Shown piece by piece: positions 29,981 through 40,248 of a stretch of DNA of 64,000 nucleotides. The stretch is from positions 832,001 to 896,000 of the forward strand of contig CAXXWS020000003.1 in NCBI GenBank assembly GCA_963665325.3, written 5' to 3'. The position numbers and the translations under genes are program-made. Positions within the stretch are counted from its first letter, which is position 1, and each line of letters starts with the position of its first letter. Below the pieces are notes generated by a model that ran no database searches, was not told the origin of the DNA, and saw nothing but the letters and a program-made list of their open reading frames with translations. The stretch is from Alphaproteobacteria bacterium. GTDB lineage: Bacteria > Pseudomonadota > Alphaproteobacteria > Bin95.

Positions 29981-31984
29981 ATGGAAAGAGAGGAATTGAT
30001 CGAACGCCTTAAGGGGTACGAATGGAACGACGTCGAGTTCAAGGAAGCGCGACGTGCTGTTCCGAAAAACGCCTACGAAACCGTTTCCGCGTTTTCCAAC
30101 ACCGGGGGCGGGTGGCTCGTGTTCGGCGTTCGGGACGGTGGCGGCGGTTTCGAGATCGTCGGAGTCCTGGAGGTCGACAAGGTCCAGAATGACTTCCTCG
30201 GCGCCTTGCGCTCCGGCCAGAAGCTCAACCGTGTCATCGCAGCGAACGAGCGGTTGATCGAGGAAGATGGCAAGGCGCTTCTCGTCTTCCATATCCCGGA
30301 GGCGCGCAGACAGGACAAGCCGGTTTACCTCAACAACGATATCCGACGGTCGTTCCTCCGCCGGGGGGCCGGCGACGAGCGATGCACGCAGGCCGAGATC
30401 GAACGTCTGCTGCGGGACGCGGCGGACGAGCGCTATGATGGGGAAGCCATAGACCTCGACCCCGAACGCTCCTTCGACGACGGATCGTTGCGCTGGTACC
30501 GCAAGCTGTTCGACGACCGGAACCCGGGCCAGGACGCCACCCTGTCGCACCTGGAGTTCCTCCATCATTGGGGGCTTGTCGTCGAAGTCGGCGGGAGGCT
30601 GTCGCCGACGCGCGCCGCGATCCTGCTGTTCGGCGCCGCGCCTGCATTCCGCCAGGTTCTGCCGCGTCCCGTCGTAGACTGGCAGTGGAGCCGCGGCGAC
30701 TGGTCGGAGGAACTGTCCGACGAACGCTGGGCCGACCGGCTGGTGATCGAAACCAACCTCGTGGAGACTTGGAAGACGCTCGTCGACCGCTATCTGCAGC
30801 GCGCCGAGAAGCCCTTCTCTGTCGACCCCGAGACCTTGCGGCGGGAAGACCGTCCGCCGGACTACATCGCCTTCCGGGAGGCTGCGATCAACCTGCTGAT
30901 GCACCAGGATTACGCGGATCACACCCGCAAGCCGGCAATTCGGATTTTCGACGACCGAACGATACTCTGGAATCCCGGCGATGCCTTCGCATCGGCCGAC
31001 GAGCTGCTCGATCCGGGCGAGAAAGAGGTCCGCAACCCCAGGATCGTCGCCGCTTTCCGCCGCATCGGTCTGAGCGAACAGGCCGGGACGGGCATCCGCG
31101 CCATAGTCGGAAACTGGCGACGACTCGGACGTGTGCCGCCGATTATCGACAATGATAGAGGGCGGAAAGCGTTTCAACTGATCCTGGTCAAGGAGGAACT
31201 CCTTTCCGAGGAACAGCTCCTGTTTCAGGCGAGCCTCGGGGTCCGCCTGGACGAGTCAGAAGCCAAGGCCTTCGCCTTCGCTTGCCGCGAAGGGAGGTTG
31301 CGTCCGCGCGACGTGCGCGCAGTCACGGGTCTGTCCGGTGCCGATGCACAGGCAGTACTGGAACGCTTGGCGGTCCAAAACCTCGTTTCCTCAATGGGAG
31401 GCGGCGAAACGTCGATCTTTGTCGTCGCAGAACATCTCAAGGGGCGACTCGGTCAGCTTGGCCGGGCCGGTGATCAGGTTGGCGCCGGATCGCCGGACTC
31501 GGCGACCGACCAAGTCCCGAAAAAGCAGGGCGGCTTGTCCACTGCACAAGCTGGTTCGGATTCGGAAGACTTGTCCACTGCACAACACGGGCTCCGACCG
31601 TCAACGACTTCGGGGTCCGGCATGCCGCTCCTGCCGGTCGCCGACCTGCGTATCGACGCCAGAACTGGAGCACCGGGCGTTGTAGCGAGGCCCGAAGCTG
31701 CCACGAAGCTTTCGGCGACTCAGGAGAAGATCGTCCGGTTTTGCGATACTCCCCGTCGGTTGGCTGAGATCATGGATGAGATCGGAGTGGCCAGCCGGGG
31801 CTATTTCAAGAAGCGTCACCTCGATCCCCTGTTGCAAGGCGGCGTGCTCCGCATGATCTATCCAGACCAAACCAACCACCCACACCAAGCCTATGTACTG
31901 ACCGAGGCTGGGATTGGGGTCAAGGCCCGCATCGTGAACCGGGATGCCGGGACGGAAAACAGGGATCGGACGAATGGCGAATAG
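29981..31984 (+). CDS. Schlafen/AlbA_2 domain + HATPase_c_4-like + C-terminal wHTH protein
   Basis: EWNDVEFKEA, SAFSNTGGGWLVFGV; REAAINLLMHQDY, NPG, RNPRI, EQAGTGI; C-terminal YPDQTNHPHQAY. Confidence 0.85.
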   Translation: MEREELIERLKGYEWNDVEFKEARRAVPKNAYETVSAFSNTGGGWLVFGVRDGGGGFEIVGVLEVDKVQNDFLGALRSGQKLNRVIAANERLIEEDGKALLVFHIPEARRQDKPVYLNNDIRRSFLRRGAGDERCTQAEIERLLRDAADERYDGEAIDLDPERSFDDGSLRWYRKLFDDRNPGQDATLSHLEFLHHWGLVVEVGGRLSPTRAAILLFGAAPAFRQVLPRPVVDWQWSRGDWSEELSDERWADRLVIETNLVETWKTLVDRYLQRAEKPFSVDPETLRREDRPPDYIAFREAAINLLMHQDYADHTRKPAIRIFDDRTILWNPGDAFASADELLDPGEKEVRNPRIVAAFRRIGLSEQAGTGIRAIVGNWRRLGRVPPIIDNDRGRKAFQLILVKEELLSEEQLLFQASLGVRLDESEAKAFAFACREGRLRPRDVRAVTGLSGADAQAVLERLAVQNLVSSMGGGETSIFVVAEHLKGRLGQLGRAGDQVGAGSPDSATDQVPKKQGGLSTAQAGSDSEDLSTAQHGLRPSTTSGSGMPLLPVADLRIDARTGAPGVVARPEAATKLSATQEKIVRFCDTPRRLAEIMDEIGVASRGYFKKRHLDPLLQGGVLRMIYPDQTNHPHQAYVLTEAGIGVKARIVNRDAGTENRDRTNGE

Positions 31985-34964
31985 CAAGCGGGACAGCCGA
32001 ACCGACCGCCTCTTTCGGAACCCGTCGGGACAGGACGAATTATTTGAGAAGTCCCATGAAGAGGAGCTTGAAGCTCGGCGCGGCCGGCCCATTGAGTGCC
32101 TCGGCCTTGTCTTCGAGAACGACGAGGCTCGGCGGACCCATTTCCTCGGCAAGTTGAAGGAGGGGCTGGAGGAGTTGCATGCGGCCTTGGGCGGCGTGCC
32201 TTACACCAATGCCGACGATACGGTGGCCCGCTTGGCGGCAATTGCGCACTGGCCGATGGGCGACGAAGTGCGGCTTCGCGAGCTTGCTGAGCGCATGCGC
32301 CATGCCGACTCGTCCAAAGACCTGCTCCAGCGCTGGAAGGACGAGGTCGGTTTTCCCCACGGAGAGATCGACGACATCCTAAGACTGTCCGATCCGCCCC
32401 GGCACACGGCGTGCCCGAATCCGTTCCTCGGCGCATTCGTGGAAACTTACGGCAGTGCTTACGATCCAGAGGAACCCTATCGCCGAAAGCCGTTCGCGGT
32501 TGATGTAAGCGAAGGCAAGACTCATCCCGTCTATCGGGCGCACGGTTACCATACCAAGGTGCCGCATCTGGCGATCGTCCCGTCGATCCTCCACTACACC
32601 GAGCCCGGCGACATCGTCTTGGACGGCTTCGCTGGCTCCGGCATGACCGGCGTCGCAGCGCAGTGGTGCGGGACGGCGCCGGAAAGCTATCGGAAATCGC
32701 TCGAGGCCCTGTGGACAAAGGAAGGACTCGGCGCACCGAAATGGGGCCTTCGGCGCTCCATCCAGAACGATCTGTCGCCGCTCGCCAGCTTCATCGCCGC
32801 CAACTATAGCCTGCCTTTCGATGTCAATGCCTTCACCGAGGCCGCGCGCGCGCTGCTCGACGAGGTGGCGGCGGGGTTCGGCTGGATGTACGAGACCCTG
32901 CACACGGACGGCGAGACCCATGGGCGAATCGACTACACCGTCTGGAGTGAGGTGTTCAGCTGTCCAGACTGTGGCGGAGAAATTATCTTTGTCAAAGAAG
33001 CTCTAGATCAGGATACCAAGCGCATAAGTTCGCAAATTGACTGTCCCCATTGTGGAGCTACTCAGCGAAAAGAAGGTATGGACCTTACATTCGAAATCTA
33101 TCAAGATCCGGCTGATGGTGAAATTCGCCACCGCCCAAAACGGGAACCAACATTGATATTTTATCAGGTAGACGGAGTAAAGTTCAATAAAATACCAGAT
33201 GAGAACGATATTGAAACTCTTGATCGTGTCAGTTCTCTACCATTCCCAAATGACTTTCCAACTGTGGGGTTTCCTGATTGCCAAATGACTCGCGTTGGCA
33301 GGGTGGCAACCACACAAACCAGAGCAATTCATGACATGTTTCTTCTTCGACCCGTGCATGCCTTGGCGCTAATGTGGCGGCGCGCGAACAATCATCCCGT
33401 CAAGCGCGTCCGTCATATGCTGTTATATTTCGTCGAGCAGGCCATATGGACAATGTCAATACTCAATCGATACCGGCCTACAGGTTATTCTCAGGTCAAT
33501 CAATACCTTACAGGAGTCTACTACGTTCCCTCACAACACTCTGAGTGTAGCCCTTGGTATGTCTTGGACGGAAAGCTGAAGAGGCTTGCAAAAGTTTTTC
33601 ACGAGTTGCCAACTATCGACAACTTTGGATGTGTCGTGACAGCGAGTACTACGGCATCGCTCGGAATACCGGACAACTCGGTAGACTATGTCTTCACCGA
33701 TCCGCCTTTCGGTGAAAACATATACTATGCCGACCTCAACTTCTTGGTGGAGTCCTGGCATGGCGTGCTAACCAACGCTACTTCGGAGGCCATCGTGGAC
33801 CGGGTAAGGCGCAAAGGCCTTCCCGAGTATCAGCGCTTGATGCAGCGCTGCTTGGTGGAATACTGCCGTGTCCTCAAGCCCGGCCGTTGGATTACCATTG
33901 TCTTTCATAATTCCAAGAACGCAGTATGGACAGCGATCCAGGAGGCAATGCTCGCAGCCGGCTTCGTTGTCGCCGATGTGCGTACGTTAGACAAGCAACA
34001 GGGATCGTTCCAGCAGACCAATAGCACCAACGCTGTGAAGCAGGATCTGGTGATCTCTGCTTACAAGCCGAACGACGGTCTGGAAGAACGCTTCGCACTG
34101 ACAAAGGGAACCGAGGAGGGAGTCTGGGACTTCCTGCGCACCCATCTCGCCCAATTGCCGGTTTTCGTGGCCAAGGATGGCCGGGTCGAGATCGTCAATG
34201 AGCGCCAGGCGCATCTGTTGTTCGATCGCATGGTTGCCTTCCATGTCCTGCGCAACGTCACGGTTCCCTTGTCGGTCGGCGACTTTCTCGCCGGCCTTGT
34301 CCAGCGTTTTCCAGAACGCGACGGTATGGTCTTCCTGCCTGACCAGGTCATCGACTACGACAAGAGGCGCTTAGCGGCCGGGGAGGTAACCCAACTGGAG
34401 ATCTTTGTGGTTGACGAATCCTCCGCAATCCAATGGCTCCGGCGGCAGTTGGCTCGTAAGCCCCAGAGTTTCCAGGACATCCATCCGCAGTTTCTCCGCG
34501 AGATCGCCGGTTGGCAGAAACACGAGAAGCTGCCCGAGCTATCGGAAATGCTGGACCAGAACTTTTTGTGCTACGACGGCGTTGGCGAGCTGCCGAGCCA
34601 GATTCACGCTTACCTGTCCACCAACTTCAAGGAACTGCGCAACATGCCCAAGGACCATCTGGCCCTGCGCGCCAAGGCCAGGGACCGGTGGTATGTGCCC
34701 GATCCCAACAAGGTGCCGGACGTAGAGAAGCGCCGCACCCGCGCCCTCCTGCGCGAGTTCGAGGAATACCGTCAATCCTCCGCGCGACGCCTCAGGCTCT
34801 TCCGTCTCGAAGCTGTCCGCGCCGGCTTCTTCAAGGCCTACCAGGACCGGGATTACGCCACCATTATCGCGGTCGCCGAGAAGATCCCCGAAACCGTTCT
34901 CCAGGAGGACCAGAAGCTCATGCTCTGGTACGATCAGGCAGTAACACGCATGGAAACGGCCTGA
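31974..34964 (+). CDS. pglXI: BREX type 3 DNA methyltransferase PglXI
   Basis: YHTKVPH, VLDGFAGSGMTG SAM-binding motif, CxxC zinc ribbon, YVFTDPPF catalytic motif, RVLKPGRW. Confidence 0.87.
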   Translation: MANSKRDSRTDRLFRNPSGQDELFEKSHEEELEARRGRPIECLGLVFENDEARRTHFLGKLKEGLEELHAALGGVPYTNADDTVARLAAIAHWPMGDEVRLRELAERMRHADSSKDLLQRWKDEVGFPHGEIDDILRLSDPPRHTACPNPFLGAFVETYGSAYDPEEPYRRKPFAVDVSEGKTHPVYRAHGYHTKVPHLAIVPSILHYTEPGDIVLDGFAGSGMTGVAAQWCGTAPESYRKSLEALWTKEGLGAPKWGLRRSIQNDLSPLASFIAANYSLPFDVNAFTEAARALLDEVAAGFGWMYETLHTDGETHGRIDYTVWSEVFSCPDCGGEIIFVKEALDQDTKRISSQIDCPHCGATQRKEGMDLTFEIYQDPADGEIRHRPKREPTLIFYQVDGVKFNKIPDENDIETLDRVSSLPFPNDFPTVGFPDCQMTRVGRVATTQTRAIHDMFLLRPVHALALMWRRANNHPVKRVRHMLLYFVEQAIWTMSILNRYRPTGYSQVNQYLTGVYYVPSQHSECSPWYVLDGKLKRLAKVFHELPTIDNFGCVVTASTTASLGIPDNSVDYVFTDPPFGENIYYADLNFLVESWHGVLTNATSEAIVDRVRRKGLPEYQRLMQRCLVEYCRVLKPGRWITIVFHNSKNAVWTAIQEAMLAAGFVVADVRTLDKQQGSFQQTNSTNAVKQDLVISAYKPNDGLEERFALTKGTEEGVWDFLRTHLAQLPVFVAKDGRVEIVNERQAHLLFDRMVAFHVLRNVTVPLSVGDFLAGLVQRFPERDGMVFLPDQVIDYDKRRLAAGEVTQLEIFVVDESSAIQWLRRQLARKPQSFQDIHPQFLREIAGWQKHEKLPELSEMLDQNFLCYDGVGELPSQIHAYLSTNFKELRNMPKDHLALRAKARDRWYVPDPNKVPDVEKRRTRALLREFEEYRQSSARRLRLFRLEAVRAGFFKAYQDRDYATIIAVAEKIPETVLQEDQKLMLWYDQAVTRMETA

Positions 34965-34981
34965 ACGGGCCTTGCCGGAAA

Positions 34982-36988
34982 ATGGAGGATTGGCGGGCCC
35001 GAATTCTGGAGAAATTCACGCCGAAGGCAGCACGTCTTACCCTGGCGGCTGATCCGGACGGGCTGTTGCTCGAAGGGACCCTCCTCGAAGCAATCCGAGA
35101 GAGGGGGTTCGAGTTCCTGGCCTTCGACGATGCCGTTGCTTTCCGCTTCGCATACGAATCCGGGTTCCGGTCCCGCTGGGACCGGGGCGAGCCCGTCGAT
35201 CTGGTGGTTGCCTTGCAGGCCGGAAAGCACGATTTCGCGGCTCTGCCTTGCGACCTCTTGCAGGCCGGCAGGCAGCTATCCTTCGGTCTGGAGGAACTGT
35301 TTCCCCGTCTCAGCTATCCCGTTGTCGCCTTGCTCGACCGAGGCGACCTCGACGCGCTCTACCAAGCGCAGGTGGGGCATGGTTCAAACGGGCTTGGCGA
35401 CGATGCAACGAAGGACTTCGCACTACTGCATGTCTTCGGGATCGCGCCCGCGCTCATCAGGCACGGTACGGAGCTGTTGCGCGTCCTGTTGCAGAAACAC
35501 TACCGACGTCAGCGGTTGCCGTGCCTATTGGAAGACCGCCTGATCCAACTGCTCCGACGAAGCGGAGTCTTCGATTCCTGGCCCCTTGAGACCATCGTCC
35601 CGGACCGGGATGCCTTCTTTTTGTTTCTTCAGGAGCGCTGGCCACTTTTTCTAGATCGCCTTTCGGGGGACACCGAGGAAGACCTTCAGGATGTGGGTGC
35701 GGCGTTCGACCTCGCGATCGAAGGGCCCGTGGATCTGCCTTTCGATCACGATGACGTTCGCATCTACATCGACAACCTGTTCGTCGAGGGCTTGCTTTCT
35801 CCCGTGTTTCACAGGTCAGGCGGTTCCCTCAGTGAAAAATGGACGACCGTCGGGGTTAGAACCGATCCCGATGCCGACAGATCGCGACGTCTCCGGAGCC
35901 TGATGGAGACTGTCACCGATGCGAACCCCGGTCCCGATGCGCGACACCGCGATTGGTCGACGTTCGCCTATCGCTGGGCTGAACTGAGTCTTCTCTGGTC
36001 AGAGACGACCGCCGCGGCGCGACCGGGCATGAATGAGCGCATTCTCGAGCTTCGGCGGGATGTAGACCGAACCTTTCTCGCTTGGGCCGAGCGCCGCTAT
36101 GCGGGACTTCACAATCAGCCGCCCGACCCACCGGCGATGGTCCATCATCTCCCGCGATATCTTGGACGGCGGCTTTCGGACGGTACCGGGGGCAAAGTTG
36201 CGCTTATCGTTGTTGACGGGCTCGCCCTCGATCAATGGATTGTGCTCCGGGACATTCTCGCAAGTCAGCAGCCGCGGCTCCGGTTTCGTGAAGACGCTGT
36301 CTTCGCCTGGGTGCCCACCGTCACCTCTGTCTCCCGACAGGCGATCTTCGCGGGAATGGCGCCGCTCTACTTTCCTTCGAGCATTTGGACCACTGACAGG
36401 GAACCATCGCTGTGGACCCGGTTCTGGAACGACCATGGTTTGACCGCACGCGAGGTGGCGTATGCGAAAGGATTGGGGGACGGCAGTCTTGACGATTTTC
36501 GCGAGCTCCTTTCACGGCCCGATGTCCGCGCCCTCGGTCTCGTGGTCGACAAGGTCGACAAGATCATGCACGGCATGGAGCTTGGCGCGGCCGGGATGCA
36601 CAACCAGGTTCGGCAGTGGGCCGATGAAGGGTTCATGACGCGGCTGCTGGACGCATTGCTCGATGCCGGTTTCGCCATCTTCCTGACCTCGGACCATGGG
36701 AACATTGAGGCGGAAGGCATCGGCCGGCCCTCCGAAGGTGCGATCGCCGACCTTCGGGGCGAACGCGCGCGAGTCTATTCCGATCCGGTCCTGCGGTCCC
36801 GTGTACACGAACGGTTCCCGGACGCGGTCGCGTGGCCCGCCTTGGGTCTTCCCGAAGACTGTCTGGCTCTGCTCGCCCCGAACAGGTCGGCGTTCGTGCG
36901 CAAGGGCGAACGCATCGTGGGGCACGGCGGCGCATCCCTCGAAGAGGTCGTTGTCCCGATGGTGGAAATCGAGCGGGTGGCGGCATGA
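34982..36988 (+). CDS. pglZ: BREX type 3 PglZ phosphatase/phosphodiesterase
   Basis: ADPDGLL start, IVVDGL, WVPTVTSVSRQAIF, TSDHGN, GHGGASLEEVVVP. Confidence 0.9.
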   Translation: MEDWRARILEKFTPKAARLTLAADPDGLLLEGTLLEAIRERGFEFLAFDDAVAFRFAYESGFRSRWDRGEPVDLVVALQAGKHDFAALPCDLLQAGRQLSFGLEELFPRLSYPVVALLDRGDLDALYQAQVGHGSNGLGDDATKDFALLHVFGIAPALIRHGTELLRVLLQKHYRRQRLPCLLEDRLIQLLRRSGVFDSWPLETIVPDRDAFFLFLQERWPLFLDRLSGDTEEDLQDVGAAFDLAIEGPVDLPFDHDDVRIYIDNLFVEGLLSPVFHRSGGSLSEKWTTVGVRTDPDADRSRRLRSLMETVTDANPGPDARHRDWSTFAYRWAELSLLWSETTAAARPGMNERILELRRDVDRTFLAWAERRYAGLHNQPPDPPAMVHHLPRYLGRRLSDGTGGKVALIVVDGLALDQWIVLRDILASQQPRLRFREDAVFAWVPTVTSVSRQAIFAGMAPLYFPSSIWTTDREPSLWTRFWNDHGLTAREVAYAKGLGDGSLDDFRELLSRPDVRALGLVVDKVDKIMHGMELGAAGMHNQVRQWADEGFMTRLLDALLDAGFAIFLTSDHGNIEAEGIGRPSEGAIADLRGERARVYSDPVLRSRVHERFPDAVAWPALGLPEDCLALLAPNRSAFVRKGERIVGHGGASLEEVVVPMVEIERVAA

Positions 36989-37734
36989 CGAGCTTCGAGC
37001 AGATCGGTTTTAGCCAACGTATTCGACTTGAATGGTTGGAATACACGGCGAACCTGCTGCTCGCCGGAAACCCGAGAGATGAGATCGTTGCGGCGCTAAG
37101 CGACAGGTTACGGGAGAAGCTGTCGGTCGGGAACGAACCGGCACGGGGGACACGGGACAAGGCAATCACGATCCTGACGAAGGTCTGGGTCACGGTCCCA
37201 AACGAACACAGAGCGCTCCGCGATCAAGGACTCGAATTGCTTCAGCGTCTGCCCGCTAGCGACAGGATGCTGGTGCATTGGTGCATGTGCATTGCGGCCT
37301 ACCCCTTCTTCGGCACGGTCGCTGATGCGACCGGACGGCTGCTTCGACTTCAGGGGACTGTCGGGGCGGCTCAAGTGCAACGCCGACTCCGTGAGCGATT
37401 TGGCGAACGCGAAACGGTGGCCCGTGCCGCACGGCGTATCCTGCGGGCATTCATCGACTGGGGCGCACTTCTTGAAACGGCGGGCAAAGGCGCCTATTGC
37501 ATCGCCCCCAAGAAGGTCATCGATGACCTCCCGCTCTCCATCTGGGTTATGTCGGCTATGCTCGCAGTCAACAATGCCAAGCCTCGGTCGGCTGCCTTTC
37601 TGCTTCGTGGACCTCACCTATTTCCATTTGATGTTGTCTTGCCCTCGACGATGGACCTGGAAGCCCACGGCGCATTCGAAATTGACCGATACGGGCCTGA
37701 TCAGGAAGTCTTGGTCAATCGGTCTGGAGGTTGA
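36985..37734 (+). CDS. brxA: BREX type 3 BrxA-like protein
   Basis: IGFSQRIRLEWL, AAYPFF..GRLL, GERETV..R..FIDWG; overlaps the pglZ stop. Confidence 0.72.
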   Translation: MTSFEQIGFSQRIRLEWLEYTANLLLAGNPRDEIVAALSDRLREKLSVGNEPARGTRDKAITILTKVWVTVPNEHRALRDQGLELLQRLPASDRMLVHWCMCIAAYPFFGTVADATGRLLRLQGTVGAAQVQRRLRERFGERETVARAARRILRAFIDWGALLETAGKGAYCIAPKKVIDDLPLSIWVMSAMLAVNNAKPRSAAFLLRGPHLFPFDVVLPSTMDLEAHGAFEIDRYGPDQEVLVNRSGG

Positions 37735-37787
37735 GCGTCAGGCCGGGTTCGAGCAGCTCGGATGGCACGATGGTGGGACAAAGCGAC

Positions 37788-38102
37788 ATGACGCTACGAC
37801 CGGATTACGGAACCCGATTGAAGAACGACGGTTATGACAGTCCACACATGGAACATTTCTTCTACGCGTTGCCGATTTGGGGATTCGATGCCCTTGGCCG
37901 CCCTGGCCAATACTCGCTCACGGTTGACACGATGTATGCCGGTGAACGCCATTGTCTTTCCCTCGACTTCGGTCCAACACCCCTGGCAGCAATCCTGGCG
38001 GCGTTGCCTGCACCCATCCAGCAGAGTATCGAGACCGAGCTGCACAGAGACCCGAACACGCCCAAGCAATTCAGGTTTCCGAGCTTGTCGTGGGAGGCAT
38101 AG
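37788..38102 (+). CDS. Hypothetical protein, possibly a truncated remnant
   Basis: ORF following brxA; no recognisable motif. Confidence 0.35.
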   Translation: MTLRPDYGTRLKNDGYDSPHMEHFFYALPIWGFDALGRPGQYSLTVDTMYAGERHCLSLDFGPTPLAAILAALPAPIQQSIETELHRDPNTPKQFRFPSLSWEA

Positions 38103-38460
38103 TCGATGTCGCGAATGGAACGCTTGCCGGTGCGGGCCTCAGGCAGGTTCCGGCATGGAATGAGGGAAGGAGCCTAATCCTTGCGCACTCATGCCCGGGC
38201 CGTGGTTGTCGGCGGCGGTTGGGTCGGCGTGTCGATCGCCTACTCCTTCCGCCCGAGCGCGGCGTCGCGCACGGCCTGTTCGGGGGCGCGGAACGGCGGC
38301 AGGTCCTCGGCGGAGCGTCTTGCGACGAAGCGGTGAGGTACCGATCAGCGCGGTAGAGGTATTGTGCGGGTGTTTCGATCCTTGCGCCGTTCCTTCCGAA
38401 TGTCGCATGTGGCGCGTTCCCTTTCCCGTTGATCCCTGGCTTCATTACGACTATCGTTGC

Positions 38461-38497
38461 GTTCCATATATTCATGGAGAGTTCCGAATAATGGAAC
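38461..38497. promoter_or_regulatory. Candidate IclR operator
   Basis: Inverted repeat GTTCC-GAATAAT-GGAAC (38481-38497) overlapping the iclR start, with a related GTTCCAT half-site at 38461. Confidence 0.5.
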
Positions 38498-39234
38498 AAA
38501 GCGCGGCTACAGTCGAAAAAGCACTAGACCTGTTGTTCCACCTCCACGACGAAGGCGGAGCGGTTGGCGTATCGGCACTGGGGCGGGCATTGGATATGCC
38601 CAAATCCAGTGTGCACCGTCTGTTGAGCGCGATGGTTCGCAAAGGCATCGTCGAGCGCGACGAACGGGCGCGTTATCGGCCAGGGACTGGTTTGCTCGCG
38701 CTCGGGCTCGGCGTTCTTGACCGCGAACCGGTGGTTGTATGTGCGCGGACCGTCTTGCCCGAATTCGTCGAAGAAATCGGCGAGACGATGTTCCTGGTGG
38801 GACAGCGGGGGCGGAAGCTCATTGTTTTGGACAAGTGCGAGGGCCGTGGTCTGCTTCGCGCGTCGCCGACGGTCGGGAGTGAAGTCCCCGTTCACTGCAC
38901 CGGCGCCGGAGCGCTGTTCATGGCGCACGCACCGGATGAGTTTTCGTCGGCAGCTGTCTCAGCAGAAACTCAAGGTGTCGCGGTCGATCCGGGGTACTTG
39001 CAATCCCGGGCAGCGGCTGCGCTCGTTCAGGGCTGGTCGGCCAATTTCGAACTTTGGCAGCCCGGCCTCGCGGTCCTTGCTGCGCCCGTCATCGTGCGCA
39101 GGCAGATCCGCGCTGTCGTCGCACTGGCCGCATCCGCTCCGCGCCTGGAAGAGCTTGGCGGCGAAGCGCTGGCGCCGCGTGTCGTTGCCGCCGCCGAGCA
39201 GATCGCCGCCCGGGCTGCAGGAGCGGTATCATGA
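38491..39234 (+). CDS. IclR-family transcriptional regulator
   Basis: TVEKALDLL, MPKSSVHRLL HTH, IGET, PVHCTGAG, LAAPV. Confidence 0.9.
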   Translation: MEQSAATVEKALDLLFHLHDEGGAVGVSALGRALDMPKSSVHRLLSAMVRKGIVERDERARYRPGTGLLALGLGVLDREPVVVCARTVLPEFVEEIGETMFLVGQRGRKLIVLDKCEGRGLLRASPTVGSEVPVHCTGAGALFMAHAPDEFSSAAVSAETQGVAVDPGYLQSRAAAALVQGWSANFELWQPGLAVLAAPVIVRRQIRAVVALAASAPRLEELGGEALAPRVVAAAEQIAARAAGAVS

Positions 39235-40130
39235 AGGTCTGGCTGGACGGTCGTATCGTGGACGGCGAACAGGCTCGCCTGAACGTGAGAGACCACGGAT
39301 TGTTATACGGCGATGGCGTGTTCGAGGGCATCCGCATCTACCACGGCCGCGCGTTCCGCTTAGCCGATCACTTGCGGAGGCTCGCGTTTTCCTCTGCATA
39401 CATCGGGCTGGTCCTTCCCTGTTCGCTAGCGCGTATTGGGGCAATCGTCGAGGAGACGGCCGCGGCCTTCGGCGAGCGCGAAGCCTACGTGCGACTGCTC
39501 GTTACCCGAGGCGTTGGTGAGTTGGGCGTTGACCCCTTTTCCTGCGAGGCGCCGCAACTCGTCTGCATGGTGGGGCGCATAGCCCTGTACGATCAAGAAA
39601 GCGTTCGTGCCGGAATCGACATGGTTACCGCTTCGGTGCGTAAACCCCCTCCGGATGTCCTGAATCCGGAGGTCAAGAGCCTGAACTACCTGAACAGTGT
39701 CCTGGCCAGGCGCGAAGCGAGGCTCCGTGGCGCGCACGAAGCCCTTGTGCTCAACCTGCACGGCAAGGTTGCCGAGGCGTCGGTCGCCAATGTGTTCGCA
39801 TGGATAGACGGCGCCCTCGTCACGCCGCCGACCGTCGACGGCGCGTTGCCCGGAATCACGCGTGCGACGGTGATCGAGCTTGCCCGCGCGCTCGGCATAG
39901 AGACGCAAATGCGGTCCATCGGTCAAGCGGAGCTGATGCGTGCGGAGGAGGTGTTCCTGAGCGGGGCAGGCGCGGGTCTGGTGCCGGTCGGGTGTCTGGA
40001 TACGGTCACGATCGGATCAGGCAAAAGGCCGGTGTTCGAACGCATCGACGACGCGTTCCGTGAGTTCACGTTGCACTCCGGTGAGGTCAGCTCGAGCACA
40101 GGTCAGCCGCATTCGGCAGCATATGCATGA
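39231..40130 (+). CDS. Class IV PLP aminotransferase (branched-chain aminotransferase-like)
   Basis: DHGLLYGDGVFEG, VKSLNYL catalytic Lys, LPGITR, EEVFLSG. Confidence 0.9.
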   Translation: MKVWLDGRIVDGEQARLNVRDHGLLYGDGVFEGIRIYHGRAFRLADHLRRLAFSSAYIGLVLPCSLARIGAIVEETAAAFGEREAYVRLLVTRGVGELGVDPFSCEAPQLVCMVGRIALYDQESVRAGIDMVTASVRKPPPDVLNPEVKSLNYLNSVLARREARLRGAHEALVLNLHGKVAEASVANVFAWIDGALVTPPTVDGALPGITRATVIELARALGIETQMRSIGQAELMRAEEVFLSGAGAGLVPVGCLDTVTIGSGKRPVFERIDDAFREFTLHSGEVSSSTGQPHSAAYA

Positions 40131-40248
40131 CAATCGTAAGCCTCCGGCATAGGCCGTCTTCCGGGATTCGTGTGATCGCGTGAAGCTGTCCGATTGGGAG
40201 TGGACACCATTGAGGTGTCCACCAGGGACCAAATGGACACGATCACGC

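Noticed and set aside
31534-31585. CTTGTCCACTGCACAA direct repeat as a CRISPR-like or regulatory element
   Set aside because: Two copies only, in frame, encoding LSTAQ in a low-complexity linker
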